DNA of 63,585 nucleotides, counting the filler, from Octopus bimaculoides (lineage: Eukaryota): NCBI RefSeq assembly GCF_001194135.2. It is 9 parts of 9 records of this genome, joined end to end, with 100 filler letters (N's around TTAATTAATTAA, not from the genome) between each part and the next. Parts side by side here need not be neighbours in the genome. Positions count along the whole stretch, not along the records: positions 1 to 3,325 come from NW_026425383.1; positions 3,426 to 17,131 come from NC_068984.1; 7 more parts are not named here. One strand, given 5' to 3'. This document shows, in pieces, positions 1 to 11,730 of this stretch. The notes beneath the pieces were generated by a model. It worked only from the letters and a program-made list of their open reading frames with translations. It did no database searches and had not been told where the DNA came from. Each line of letters opens with the position of its first letter. The stretch's first letter is position 1. The translations under genes and the position numbers were made by a program.

Positions 1-260
1 ATTGACCCAAGCCTCCATCCCATCATGAAATGGTTTAATTATAGATATAAGTAATCCAGACATCCAAGTTTGCCAAGTATTTTCCATAGAAAGGCCCTAT
101 TTACAGTATCAAAGGCCTTTGTTAAATCAATGAATACCTGAACAAGATCCATATTCTGCTCATAGCACTTCTCCTGCATCTGTCTTGCTGTGAAAATCAT
201 ATCCATTGTCCCTCTACCAGATCGGAAGCCACATTGAGATTCAGATAGGACATCATTTAC
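1..260 (-). mobile_element. RTE-clade LINE reverse transcriptase fragment, running off the window edge
   Basis: Minus-strand translation VNDVLSESQCGFRSGRGTMDMIFTARQMQEKCYEQNMDLVQVFIDLTKAFDTVNRAFLWKILGKLG matches the non-LTR RT motifs QxGFR and DLxKAFD in the RTE (BovB-like) wording; it continues with frameshift as ...PFHDGMEAWV. Confidence 0.9.
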
Positions 261-370
261 ACTGATATATACATACATACATACATATATATACACATAT
301 AGATAGATATATACATACATATATATATACATATATATACACATATATATACACAGATATATATACATAT

Positions 371-1556
371 TGATACGGACGCCGATAAACAAACAAAATA
401 ATGTTATGCCCCTATCTCCCGAGCTGGGTTTGAAACCGTATTCTGGTTGTTGAGGACAATGGTATTTCTTTTGTCCTGACAACAAGCACAGTTATTTTTA
501 GCGTAGGTATGATCGCTGACCCTTTCCGGTCACCGAAAGTTTAGAAAAACAAGTTAGGAACTGTACTAAACTGACCCAGCTTTGGAGGGGGGTAAGGTAG
601 CACTGTTGGGTATGGTATCTCTCATAAATACGGAGCAGAGAGTTGGCGTACGGCAGTTGGCGGACAAGCAGTTGGTGCGAGTGCGGTTTGATGTAAACAC
701 AGCAGCCAGATGGGCAGGGCAGTTGGCGTACAGCAGTTGGTGAAAACAAAGTCAGTGGATGAAGAACGCGAGTTCGGTGTGAAGGCCAGCAGCCAGTGAA
801 GATGGACAGAGCGGTTGGTGATAAGAGACTGAGAAAGAGACTGAGAGAGAGAGCCTATGGTCAGAAGGTACCAGTCAGCAGAAATGGATAGAGTCAATGA
901 GAGAGAAGGGACTGTTGTGGCAGGCAAAAAGATTGTAGTTGGTCACTTCTTGTGGATTGTAGTGGGAGCTTTGAAGGAAAGGAAATTCTTGCGGTGAAGG
1001 TTTGTTTAAATATTCTTTAAAGAGAGAACTTTGTTGTTACATGTTTTAAAAGAAAAAGAGATTTTGTTAACTGTGATGTTAACTGGTGGAAAAGAAAAGA
1101 AAAGAAAGAACTTTGCTAACTCTTGTTAAATGGTTGAAAAGAAAAGAGAGAACTTTGTTGTGACATGTTGTTCAAAGAAAAGAAAAACAAAGAAGTAAAA
1201 GAACTTTTAATTGACTTGATATACGAACTCTGATTGTAAACTTTTGATTATGCAATGTTCTGAAACTTTGATTATGTTAAATGCTTGGAGACTGTTGTTG
1301 CATACACTATTGTTACATGTTATTATATGCAATGATGTTTTGTATTGATGATGTATTGTTTTGCTAAGAAAAAAAAGTTAGTTTCACTACACAACGTATG
1401 GACTCCGTGTTATTTCTTCCTCCTTGCCTGTTGTCATCGTTACGTGCTCCAGCTGGGCTTAGTCGTGGCGAACATCCAGACTCACTGAGCGTTGACGTTC
1501 GCGCGCATGCGAGTTTTCTCTTCATTGAGGTGCTTCGCGTGCGGGCGTTCGTAACA
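371..1556. mobile_element. Probable solo LTR (about 1186 bp) inserted in an AT/AC microsatellite
   Basis: Begins TGATACGGAC and ends GTTCGTAACA (reverse complement TGTTACGAAC, 8/10 match), giving TG...CA termini. ATAT lies on both sides (367-370, 1557-1560). TATA-like CATAAATA at 623-630. No coding capacity. The TSD is weak evidence because the flank is a microsatellite. Confidence 0.65.
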
Positions 1557-1669
1557 ATATATATACACATACATATATACAAATATATACACATATATGT
1601 ATACATATTGATATACACACATAGATACACACGTACATGTATATACACATATATACATACACATACATA

Positions 1670-3325
1670 TAAGGTTGAGGAGGGTATTGGATTTAACCAA
1701 ACCCAGGAGGATACAGGTAATACCGAGTAAGTGCTGTATACCGACTAGTTTGCCCCAGTCGTTGTATGAACAGGATTGGGTATTATAAGTCGTGTATTAG
1801 CGTGTGTATATGTAAATATATAAAAACAAAAAGATAAAGAGAGCAAAGGTAAGGTTGGAGAAGTATTTTATGGATAGAGTCTTACAGCTGTTTCTGGGAA
1901 GATCCAGTACTTCCCTTCATCGGAGACAGAAAAAATAAAGTAATCTATTATTATATCCATAGGCGGATATTTTTAGTATGAAATGGTAAAGAGTGTGATG
2001 TGCTGAAAAAAGAGAGAACAGNNNNNNNNNNNNNNNNNNNNNNNNNNNNNNNNNNNNNNNNNNNNNNNNNNNNNNNNNNNNNNNNNNNNNNNNNNNNNNN
2101 NNNNNNNNNNNNNNNNNNNNNNNNNNNNNNNNNNNNNNNNNNNNNNNNNNNNNNNNNNNNNNNNNNNNNNNNNNNNNNNNNNNNNNNNNNNNNNNNNNNN
2201 NNNNNNNNNNNNNNNNNNNNNNNNNNNNNNNNNNNNNNNNNNNNNNNNNNNNNNNNNNNNNNNNNNNNNNNNNNNNNNNNNNNNNNNNNNNNNNNNNNNN
2301 NNNNNNNNNNNNNNNNNNNNNNNNNNNNNNNNNNNNNNNNNNNNNNNNNNNNNNNNNNNNNNNNNNNNNNNNNNNNNNNNNNNNNNNNNNNNNNNNNNNN
2401 NNNNNNNNNNNNNNNNNNNNNNNNNNNNNNNNNNNNNNNNNNNNNNNNNNNNNNNNNNNNNNNNNNNNNNNNNNNNNNNNNNNNNNNNNNNNNNNNNNNN
2501 NNNNNNNNNNNNNNNNNNNNNNNNNNNNNNNNNNNNNNNNNNNNNNNNNNNNNNNNNNNNNNNNNNNNNNNNNNNNNNNNNNNNNNNNNNNNNNNNNNNN
2601 NNNNNNNNNNNNNNNNNNNNNNNNNNNNNNNNNNNNNNNNNNNNNNNNNNNNNNNNNNNNNNNNNNNNNNNNNNNNNNNNNNNNNNNNNNNNNNNNNNNN
2701 NNNNNNNNNNNNNNNNNNNNNNNNNNNNNNNNNNNNNNNNNNNNNNNNNNNNNNNNNNNNNNNNNNNNNNNNNNNNNNNNNNNNNNNNNNNNNNNNNNNN
2801 AAAGGGAAGGGATGGGTGGGAAAGGTAGTTAGTAGTATCATATTTTAGGATGCTGCCAAGCCTATTTATAGACGGTGGAAAGGGATTGAAAGAAGTGACG
2901 TAGTCTGTATGTGTAGGTGGTGTTCTTGTGAATTTGAGAATAGAAGAAATAGATTTGGTGGTATATGTGTGGTGAGATGATCGAAAGCAAATAATCCTAT
3001 TCAAAAGATGGTGAAAGATGGATGTTTTTGCCAGGTTGAATAGGTTGCCTGTGGGGTGTTGTGTGATTATGTTGCGTGATCGTTTGTGCAATTTTGCTTG
3101 TGATAGAACCTAAATGTGTGAAACGAGCGGTGGTTGCAGTTGCTAAACACTTCGTTATATCGATTAAGTAGTGTGGGAGAATTGTATTTTAAAATATGGA
3201 ACGCCTCCATTAGGCAAAGCTTGCAATTGGAGTGCTGGCCCTGGTATAGAGTTCCAGAATCTAAGATAGACCATGTTAAGGTGTATTGAGTATTTTTGTT
3301 TTTGAGGTGATGAATATGATTGGCT
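1670..3325 (-). mobile_element. Penelope-like element: GIY-YIG endonuclease C-terminus plus 3' pseudo-LTR, interrupted by a gap
   Basis: Minus strand at about 3100-3310 reads NKNTQYTLTWSILDSGTLYQGQHSNCKLCLMEAFHILKYNSPTLLNRYNEVFSNCNH, resembling the PLE CxLCLxE...LN.RxE...C.H ending. A hammerhead motif lies downstream at 1879-1927. Confidence 0.75.
1879..1927 (-). ncRNA. Minimal type I hammerhead ribozyme motif (CCGAUGA core variant)
   Basis: Minus strand reads GUCU CCGAUGA A GGGAAG uacuggau CUUCCC A GAAAC AGCU GUA AGAC: stem I GUCU/AGAC, 6-bp stem II, palindromic stem III ACAGCUGU, GUA triplet. Confidence 0.7.
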
Positions 3326-3369
3326 NNNNNNNNNNNNNNNNNNNNNNNNNNNNNNNNNNNNNNNNNNNN

Positions 3370-3381
3370 TTAATTAATTAA
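3370..3381. other. Artificial TTAATTAATTAA spacer inside an N run (assembly linker)
   Basis: The identical 12-mer is centred in a 100-nt N block at 3370, 17176, 20587, 26289, 40762, 48109, 54782 and 60190. Confidence 0.95.
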
Positions 3382-3425
3382 NNNNNNNNNNNNNNNNNNN
3401 NNNNNNNNNNNNNNNNNNNNNNNNN

Positions 3426-3460
<35 letters not shown>

Positions 3461-3685
3461 TGTGTGTATATGTTTGTGTGTCTGTGTTTGTCCCCCCGAC
3501 ATCACTTGACAACCGATGCTGGTATGTTTATGTCCCCGTAACTTAGCAGTTCGGCAAAAGAGACCGATAGAATGAGTACTAGGCATCCAAAGAATAAGTC
3601 CTGGGGGCGATTTGCTCGACTAAAGGCGGTGCTCCAGCATGGCCACAGTCAAATGACTGAAACTAGTAAAAGAGTAAAAGAGTAT
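3426..3685 (+). mobile_element. SINE family A, 3' half (head lost in gap)
   Basis: Aligns by eye to the 3' half of the complete copy at 59215-59670 (tgtttgtcccccc...gtaacttagc.gttcggcaaaa...ggcggtgctccagcatggcc.cagtcaaatgactgaaac). Confidence 0.9.
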
Positions 3686-3719
3686 ATGTATACATACATG
3701 TATGCACACACGCATACAT

Positions 3720-3863
3720 CTTTCATCTTTTACTTGTTTATCATTAGACTGTGTCCATGCTAGGGCATTGCTTGGAAGAATCGACTTATTTTTTTTAAAG
3801 CTAGGTACTTATTGTATTATTCTCTTTTGTCGAACTGCTAAGTTATGAGGACGTAAACACACC

Positions 3864-3933
<70 letters not shown>

Positions 3934-4014
3934 CCTCAGTCTCTGTCCACCAAATCCACTCTCAAGTCTTTGAACGGACCGAAGCCTAGTACTTATTCTA
4001 TCGGTATCTTTTGC
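3720..4014 (-). mobile_element. SINE family A, rearranged partial copy
   Basis: Reverse complement of the family A tail and central (CA)n tract, tail-to-tail with 3426-3685. Confidence 0.75.
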
Positions 4015-4325
4015 CNNNNNNNNNNNNNNNNNNNNNNNNNNNNNNNNNNNNNNNNNNNNNNNNNNNNNNNNNNNNNNNNNNNNNNNNNNNNNNNNNNNNN
4101 NNNNNNNNNNNNNNNNNNNNNNNNNNNNNNNNNNNNNNNNNNNNNNNNNNNNNNNNNNNNNNNNNNNNNNNNNNNNNNNNNNNNNNNNNNNNNNNNNNNN
4201 NNNNNNNNNNNNNNNNNNNNNNNNNNNNNNNNNNNNNNNNNNNNNNNNNNNNNNNNNNNNNNNNNNNNNNNNNNNNNNNNNNNNNNNNNNNNNNNNNNNN
4301 NNNNNNNNNNNNNNNNNNNNNNNNN

Positions 4326-4360
<35 letters not shown>

Positions 4361-5420
4361 AAGCGCGCACGAACACACACACACATACAGACACAAAACA
4401 CACACACACACACACAAAACACACACACACATACACACACAAAACACACACACACCCATATATATGACAGTCTTCTTTCAGTTTCCGCGTAATATAATAA
4501 TAATAACACCAAAGCATCAACAAGGAAAACATGTGTTCACGTGATACTGCATGTTCACGTGATACCGCGTGTTCATATTTTCATATCCTTTATAACAATA
4601 TTTTAAGAGAGCGAATTGAAAGGGCTGTAAGAGCATTCTGATAGCATGTAACTCTATTTATTCTAGCTTTCTAGTCCCTAATTCTAATCCCGCCGTATGT
4701 ATGTGTATGTTCGTTTGTTTATGTCTCAGTAACTTAACGCTAAACAAAATGGCTCTGATACCAAAAGTACCAGACATAAAAAATAAGTACTCTCAGAGAC
4801 CATTTGTGCGAGTGGAACATTTCAAAGTAGTGCTCCAGCATAGCTGCAGTTCAATGACTAAATAAAAGAAATACTCCATTTTTTTGTCGTCATAGCGTTT
4901 CTAGAACTGCATTATTCCTTTATAAGAAAGCTATGATTTGAAGGAGACTTGACTGCAATTTCTAACAAATAAAGCAACCATACAGAAGCTTCCTTATTGG
5001 CTCGTAGTAGTGTGGAAATTTCGTCGATGTGCCAACAAAAAGACAAAAATTCGAAACACACCAAGCGCTCATAATTTTGTATAGATTTTGCTTAAATGCA
5101 AATATGTATTCGCTGTTCAGTTTTTGGCTAAACATCAATATATTATGCTAATATATTTACGTTGATTCGTTTACGTTAATACACTGTACGTTTACGTTAA
5201 TACACAAGCGCATATACACACACATCTTTACTCATAAAGAAATAATTTACGGTTGCTATGAATCAGATAGCTACTTGATGCAATACAGCGCAGTTGGCAC
5301 CCGTGAAATCAATTAGTCTGCAGGAATAATTCCTGGCAAATATTGAACAACAACAACAACAACAACCTAATTCATAGAAGCTATTCAATCATAATTCTAA
5401 CCTATTCTATAGGAAATATT

Positions 5421-5479
<59 letters not shown>

Positions 5480-6453
5480 TTTAAAAATTTATTTGCCTCA
5501 AGGAACCATTCTTTCGTGCAGTGCGTTACAAAAATGGTTTACAGGACAGGACATACCATATTATGTAAAACAAGGGCGAGGGAAAAAATATACATCTAGA
5601 TAATTAAAATTAGTAATATGATCATAAATAAATTTATATATATATATATNNNNNNNNNNNNNNNNNNNNNNNNNNNNNNNNNNNNNNNNNNNNNNNNNNN
5701 NNNNNNNNNNNNNNNNNNNNNNNNNNNNNNNNNNNNNNNNNNNNNNNNNNNNNNNNNNNNNNNNNNNNNNNNNNNNNNNNNNNNNNNNNNNNNNNNNNNN
5801 NNNNNNNNNNNNNNNNNNNNNNNNNNNNNNNNNNNNNNNNNNNNNNNNNNNNNNNNNNNNNNNNNNNNNNNNNNNNNNNNNNNNNNNNNNNNNNNNNNNN
5901 NNNNNNNNNNNNNNNNNNNNNNNNNNNNNNNNNNNNNNNNNNNNNNNNNNNNNNNNNNNNNNNNNNNNNNNNNNNNNNNNNNNNNNNNNNNNNNNNNNNN
6001 NNNNNNNNNNNNNNNNNNNNNNNNNNNNNNNNNNNNNNNNNNNNNNNNNNNNNNNNNNNNNNNNNNNNNNNNNNNNNNNNNNNNNNNNNNNNNNNNNNNN
6101 NNNNNNNNNNNNNNNNNNNNNNNGTGTGTGTGTGTGTGTGTGTGTGTGTGGCTGGGTAAAGGCACAACAAATCCATTCATCCATTCTCCAGAATTGCCCT
6201 GTTGATGCTTCACGTTTCCAATCCTGCGCAACGCAGCATGGCCCGGCAGCATGTCTGTCATCTATGTCATCCATGTCTGAACTATATAATGCAAAATGTT
6301 CATACAAAAAAACAAAACAAAAAAACAAAACAAAAAAGCAAACAAAAAAACAAACTGCGGTTGTGATCCACAGCCACTTCCGGAAGCTACGCTCGCCACC
6401 TGGAATTAGTCTGCTCCTGTATTCCTTCCCCCGTTTAGTCGGATGAGTAAATA

Positions 6454-6931
6454 CAGGATGTCCCAGAATTAATGATGATTTGAGTGAAATTGGATGCAGT
6501 CTTTTTTAAAACTCACTGTTATTTATGTTTATCATGTTTAATAGGTATAAATTTTGAATTTTGTTTATAATTCTATTATCATTCCTGTTGGACCCCTCTT
6601 ATTTGTCCAGAACAGCTTTTTTTTCAATTTGGTAGCAACCATTTTCTTTACCTCCATCCCCAAGATGGAACAATCATTTATTTAGCTGAACTTAATGGAA
6701 AAATTCAGTTAGCAGTGCAAGAGTTAACACCTGAAATGCTTCAAAATGTGTTTCACAATGCTAAGGAGAGATCTGAAGTATGCAAAGATACAGACATGTT
6801 GAAAATTTTCAATAAAAGTTTAACATAAGATTTATAAATCTATTTGTTTTGGTATTAAACATAAAATTCTGTCAGTTTTTTTAAAAAATTGCTCAATTTC
6901 ATTGAAACATAGTTAATTCTGGAACACTCTA
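6454..6931 (+). mobile_element. Tc1/mariner-superfamily internally deleted element (MITE-like, 478 bp)
   Basis: TIRs CAGGATGTCCCAGAATTAA (6454-6472) and TTAATTCTGGAACACTCTA (6913-6931), 15/19 complementary, with TA on both sides. Internal remnant AVQELTPEMLQNVFHNAKERSEVC resembles transposase C-termini. Confidence 0.75.
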
Positions 6932-6939
6932 TATGGTGT

Positions 6940-7135
6940 AGCGTTGTTAGTTGAGTGCCCAGTAAAACTATTACAAAAAGTTTGCCCCCTTGGCACGGCT
7001 AGAATAATCAGGAAAGTGTTAGATAGTTGAAAAGAACAGATAGCATGGTACCGTAGGCTGCAGGCAGCAAGCCCGCTACACACGCAAGACTCCAGGAGTT
7101 ACTGCAGAACCTGAGATAAATATAAATAATAATAA
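6940..7135 (+). mobile_element. R4/Dong-like (restriction-like endonuclease) LINE 3' end
   Basis: VECPVKLLQKVCPLGTARIIRKVLDS* (stop at 7028-7030) matches the QKxxLLGTARILRKVL terminus, followed by a 3' UTR and (AAT)n tail. Confidence 0.75.
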
Positions 7136-8040
7136 TGGTTTCTTTTATTTGCTACGAGGGCGAAGGAAGAGGGGGTCAATACAAAGACATACATAAAATG
7201 TGTGCGTGTGTGTGTGTGTGGGGGGGGGGAGGGTTCATACAATGGAATGATTAAAAAAAGGGAGAGAAAAGTATACATGGTATACAATAAAAGAAGGGTG
7301 GCATACATAGTATACGACAGTAAGAGAGAGTGGGAAAAAGATGATAGCGGTTATCTAGGGATAATAGAGGAATCCTACTGTCCAAGATCTCTCTGAAAAC
7401 CAAGAACAAGTGCCCTCTCCAATTCCTTTCCCCCCAGTCATAGGTCTACACCTAGAGCGGCACCATCGACTCTAGCCATTTTCGCAACTTTCACCCACCT
7501 TTTAATAAATTCACTCGAGGACAGCACCTCCCTCTCCCCCCTCACTTTCCTTTTCAAGTGAAACTTGAAAACGTCGATGAGGGCTCTACCAAAGAGGAAT
7601 ATTCCGGTCCTCATTTCTTTCAACCTCGTCCACGAGACAACCTCTTTTGCCACAGTCACCGATCAAAGGAAAACTGTATTGCCTGCCCTATTAAAAGAGG
7701 GCAGCGGGGCAATCATCACTATGGACTCGGCCGACAGACGGATCTGTTCCATACGCAACAGCAGCAGTTTGACATAACTCCACAAAGCAGCAATGCCCGG
7801 ACACTGAGTAAGCGCATGCAGAACGGTTTTGTCGCTCTACGCGCACCTTGAACAAGCCCGTCTGACAGCACGTCCGTTTCTGTAGAGTTTATCTCGAACC
7901 CCTAGCATTCCCCGGTAGCACTGCCAAGCCAAACACATCTGGAAATTATCCATAGTAGTCCACGACAGGAAAGTCTTCCGGAACAGACTAGCCAGTTTGC
8001 TTTCGTCAACATCCTGGGTCTCCATGAGGACATCGCCGTC
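7136..8040 (-). mobile_element. Tx1/L1-clade LINE, 5'-truncated 3' end
   Basis: Minus-strand frames give LAWQCYRGMLGVRDKLYRNGRAVRRACSRC, then ...TVLHALTQCP...LW (CCHC-type zinc knuckle region), then AKEVVSWTRLK...LIDVFKFHLKRKVRGEREVLSSSEFIKRWVKVA, typical of Tx1-like ORF2 C-termini. Stops and frameshifts present. Confidence 0.75.
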
Positions 8041-8089
8041 GCACTTCTCCGCTACTTATCCTCTCTATAATCGCTAAAGTAGAACATCT

Positions 8090-8292
8090 AACGATGCTAT
8101 AGCATTGGTAGAGGATAGTGAGTACCTGAACGGTGAGCCAGCCCATCGCAGGGTTACCCATTTACAGTTGAGTGGACTGGAGCAACGCGATATGAAGTGT
8201 TTTGTCCAAGAACATAACACACACACCGACTGGGGAATCGAAACCACGATCTTGCGATCGTCAGTACAGCACCCTAACTACTAGGCCATGCA
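8090..8292 (-). mobile_element. tRNA-derived SINE family D, 5' part
   Basis: Reverse complement has A-box-like TGGCCTAGTAGTTAGG and B-box-like GGTTTCGATTCCC, then ...TTCTTGGACAAAACACTT...GCTCCAGTCCACTCAACTG. Related heads at about 15715-15830 (+) and 58723-58920 (+). Confidence 0.7.
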
Positions 8293-8437
8293 CATTCTAG
8301 AAAGGTTAATGGACCTAAGAACTTTGCCACTTCAAACAAAGTTCAAAGAACTCATAAAGAAATATGAAAAAGCAGACAAACAAACCAAACTTAATATAAA
8401 ACAGTCTTGTTTTCAATAAAACACCATNNNNNNNNNN

Positions 8438-8482
<45 letters not shown>

Positions 8483-11319
8483 TGCCTTCTCTGGCTTGTA
8501 AGAAATCGACAGGATAATTTACTGCATAATGGAATAACAGCATTAAACGAATATACAAGATGCTGAATATGTTTGCGTAGCGATAAAGAGATGTATGCTA
8601 AACAATCTTCCAGTGTTTTGTGGCAATCACATGGGTCTATTTTTTATTTGTCTTCTTGAACCATCAGTGTCAATCTCCTACAAAGTCATTACATCTGAGA
8701 ATAGAATAAATCACTATTATGCTGCTAGGAAAACAAAGAAGACGTCAAGAAAAGGCGCTTAAAATAAATACCTTAGAATTAGCGTTAAACTTCTTTCGAG
8801 AGAATTGTGAAAATATAGATAATGTCATTGGATCCGACCACACCTTTGTTTTTGTTTTATTCTGTTTACTCATCATTTTATCTAAAGTTTGAATCCACTG
8901 TATCTTTCTTCTGCGTACGAATTCCTGTTGTGAAATGACTAACTAAATAATTGCTAATAAACGTTTTGTGAAACATCTCTCAGGTAAACAAATGAATATA
9001 ATGTATGTCAACAAAGCTGTCTAAAATACATTAAGATTCTGTTTGCCTGTTTCGAATATACTGGAAAAAGCAGGAAATATCTTTTTAAGTTCGTAGACAC
9101 TGACTTTAGAATGACGCTCGACATGTAGTTATATATATATATATATATATATNNNNNNNNNNNNNNNNNNNNNNNNNNNNNNNNNNNNNNNNNNNNNNNN
9201 NNNNNNNNNNNNNNNNNNNNNNNNNNNNNNNNNNNNNNNNNNNNNNNNNNNNNNNNNNNNNNNNNNNNNNNNNNNNNNNNNNNNNNNNNNNNNNNNNNNN
9301 NNNNNNNNNNNNNNNNNNNNNNNNNNNNNNNNNNNNNNNNNNNNNNNNNNNNNNNNNNNNNNNNNNNNNNNNNNNNNNNNNNNNNNNNNNNNNNNNNNNN
9401 NNNNNNNNNNNNNNNNNNNNNNNNNNNNNNNNNNNNNNNNNNNNNNNNNNNNNNNNNNNNNNNNNNNNNNNNNNNNNNNNNNNNNNNNNNNNNNNNNNNN
9501 NNNNNNNNNNNNNNNNNNNNNNNNNNNNNNNNNNNNNNNNNNNNNNNNNNNNNNNNNNNNNNNNNNNNNNNNNNNNNNNNNNNNNNNNNNNNNNNNNNNN
9601 NNNNNNNNNNNNNNNNNNNNNNNNNNNNNNNNNNNNNNNNNNNNNNNNNNNNNNNNNNNNNNNNNNNNNNNNNNNNNNNNNNNNNNNNNNNNNNNNNNNN
9701 NNNNNNNNNNNNNNNNNNNNNNNNNNNNNNNNNNNNNNNNNNNNNNNNNNNNNNNNNNNNNNNNNNNNNNNNNNNNNNNNNNNNNNNNNNNNNNNNNNNN
9801 NNNNNNNNNNNNNNNNNNNNNNNNNNNNNNNNNNNNNNNNNNNNNNNNNNNNNNNNNNNNNNNNNNNNNNNNNNNNNNNNNNNNNNNNNNNNNNNNNNNN
9901 NNNNNNNNNNNNNNNNNNNNNNNNNNNNNNNNNNNNNNNNNNNNNNNNNNNNNNNNNNNNNNTATATATATATATATATCGGTCGACTCAATTGCTGATG
10001 AAATCCGAACAGAGGACTGAAGTTAATCCGGTTGATAACTCCCTTTTACTGCCTACGACAATATTGTATATATGGACATCTATCTATCTGTCTGTCTGTC
10101 TGACTGTCTATACAGTGTTGATTATAATCTATAGATATAATCTGTAGTATAGCATTGCATTGTAACAATACTCGTAACATGCCTCTAATATATTAATCGA
10201 AATAACTGTCAGAATGCATTAACGTATGCAGATCAATCTATCCGATTTACGTAAGCCATCACTTATAAAGTGAATAGTTAAAGAGGCTACATAGTCACAT
10301 ATGAAATCTCAACACAAGATTGAAACTAGTATGGTTGATTTCTCATTTTTCTGTCAACAAAGAAAATATAAAAATAGCACTATATTTATATTTGATTACT
10401 ACACACAATGTAAGCTAATATTTATGACATATTCTATAGGGCATTATAGTAACGCTGTTGTCATGAAAGGTAAGACCTACATTTCGTGTAAATCTGTTTC
10501 ATAATACTGCTCTATCAAGAGTCAGCCTTAAATACTGAATCCTAATTCAATATTTAATTCTCCTCGCAAAGAAGAACAATAGATATTGATTGCTCGAACT
10601 CAACACGATCTCTTCTAGAATTAATCATTTCAATAACTCCTGTGTTTTGCAGCTACCATATTTATATATCGGATTGTTGTTGCTTAGCCTTATGTCTAAT
10701 CTTTCATCAGGGAAATCAGGGTGAGAGAAACCTCTTGATAAGTGTGAGGTGTACACAATGTGGCTTAAACCAGACTTGGTTAAATAATTTTTTTGTCGCT
10801 TTGTCGAAAACGACAGGCGAATACTATTCCTTACTTGAATGGCAGTCATTTTATCGATCTCTGAAGGATAAACAACGAAGTCGATTTCGACAGGATTTGA
10901 ACCAAGAACATAAGACCCTCAGCGTAAATAAATGTAAGGATGTTTATGTGGAACATAAGTTGCACCACTCTCTTCCATATCAGAATATTTACGAAGTTTA
11001 TGAGCACAACCCTCTCCCTACCACCATCACTAAGAAATATCTATCCAATTATTCTAATGTTTCTACCATACATTACCTTCTAATATTATGTGACAAGCTC
11101 TTTACCAAATGGTGGTACGATGATTCGATAAAGAAATCATTAAAATTATTTAAGTAGCAGAGTAAGGGCAACTACAACTGGATGAATTTGCAATCTGAAA
11201 ATATGAGCTACGGGGTGGTCATTCGACTTGGTGAAAATAGCAGTTAGATATTCCTCAAATCATACCGCTGCTGTTCTAAAAAAGAAAATATTTGATAATT
11301 TAGGCTGGAATAACTTCTT

Positions 11320-11499
11320 TTATGTTTCTTTTGTTTCAATCATTAGACTGCGGCCATACTGGGATACCGCCTTAAAGGATTGTAGTCGAACGAATCGACC
11401 CCAGCATTTATTTTGTAAACTTATTCCATGGGTCACTTTTGTCGAACCGCTAAGTTACGGGGACGTAAACAAACCAGCACTGGTTGTCAATCAGTAGTG

Positions 11500-11592
<93 letters not shown>

Positions 11593-11730
11593 TTTCAGTT
11601 TCCTTCTACCAATTTGGCCAGCCCGGGGCTATACTAGAAGACCCTTGCCCAGGGTGCTACGTAGTGGGACTGAACACGGAACCATGAGGTTGGGAAGCAA
11701 ACTTTTTACCAAACAGTCACACCTGCGCCT
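11320..11730 (-). mobile_element. SINE family A, full length with a long central (CA)n
   Basis: Head, core, microsatellite and tail all align to the reverse complement of 59215-59670. Confidence 0.9.

Noticed and set aside
1951-2848. Long ORFs of X, and poly-HT/CV/YI/LS/M ORFs across the window
   Set aside because: These are translations of N gaps and microsatellites.
3370-3381. TTAATTAATTAA recurring eight times
   Set aside because: Always centred in a 100-nt N block and has stops in all six frames. It is an assembly linker, not biology.
9990-10045. CUGAUGA followed by a weak stem and GAAG
   Set aside because: Lacks GAAA and has no stem I pairing, so it is not supportable as a hammerhead.
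10642-11157. 171-aa plus-strand ORF, the longest non-repetitive-looking ORF
   Set aside because: Its middle (about 10815-10920) is the decayed reverse complement of SINE B (cgaagtcgatttcgacaggatttgaaccaagaac), and it has no recognisable domain.
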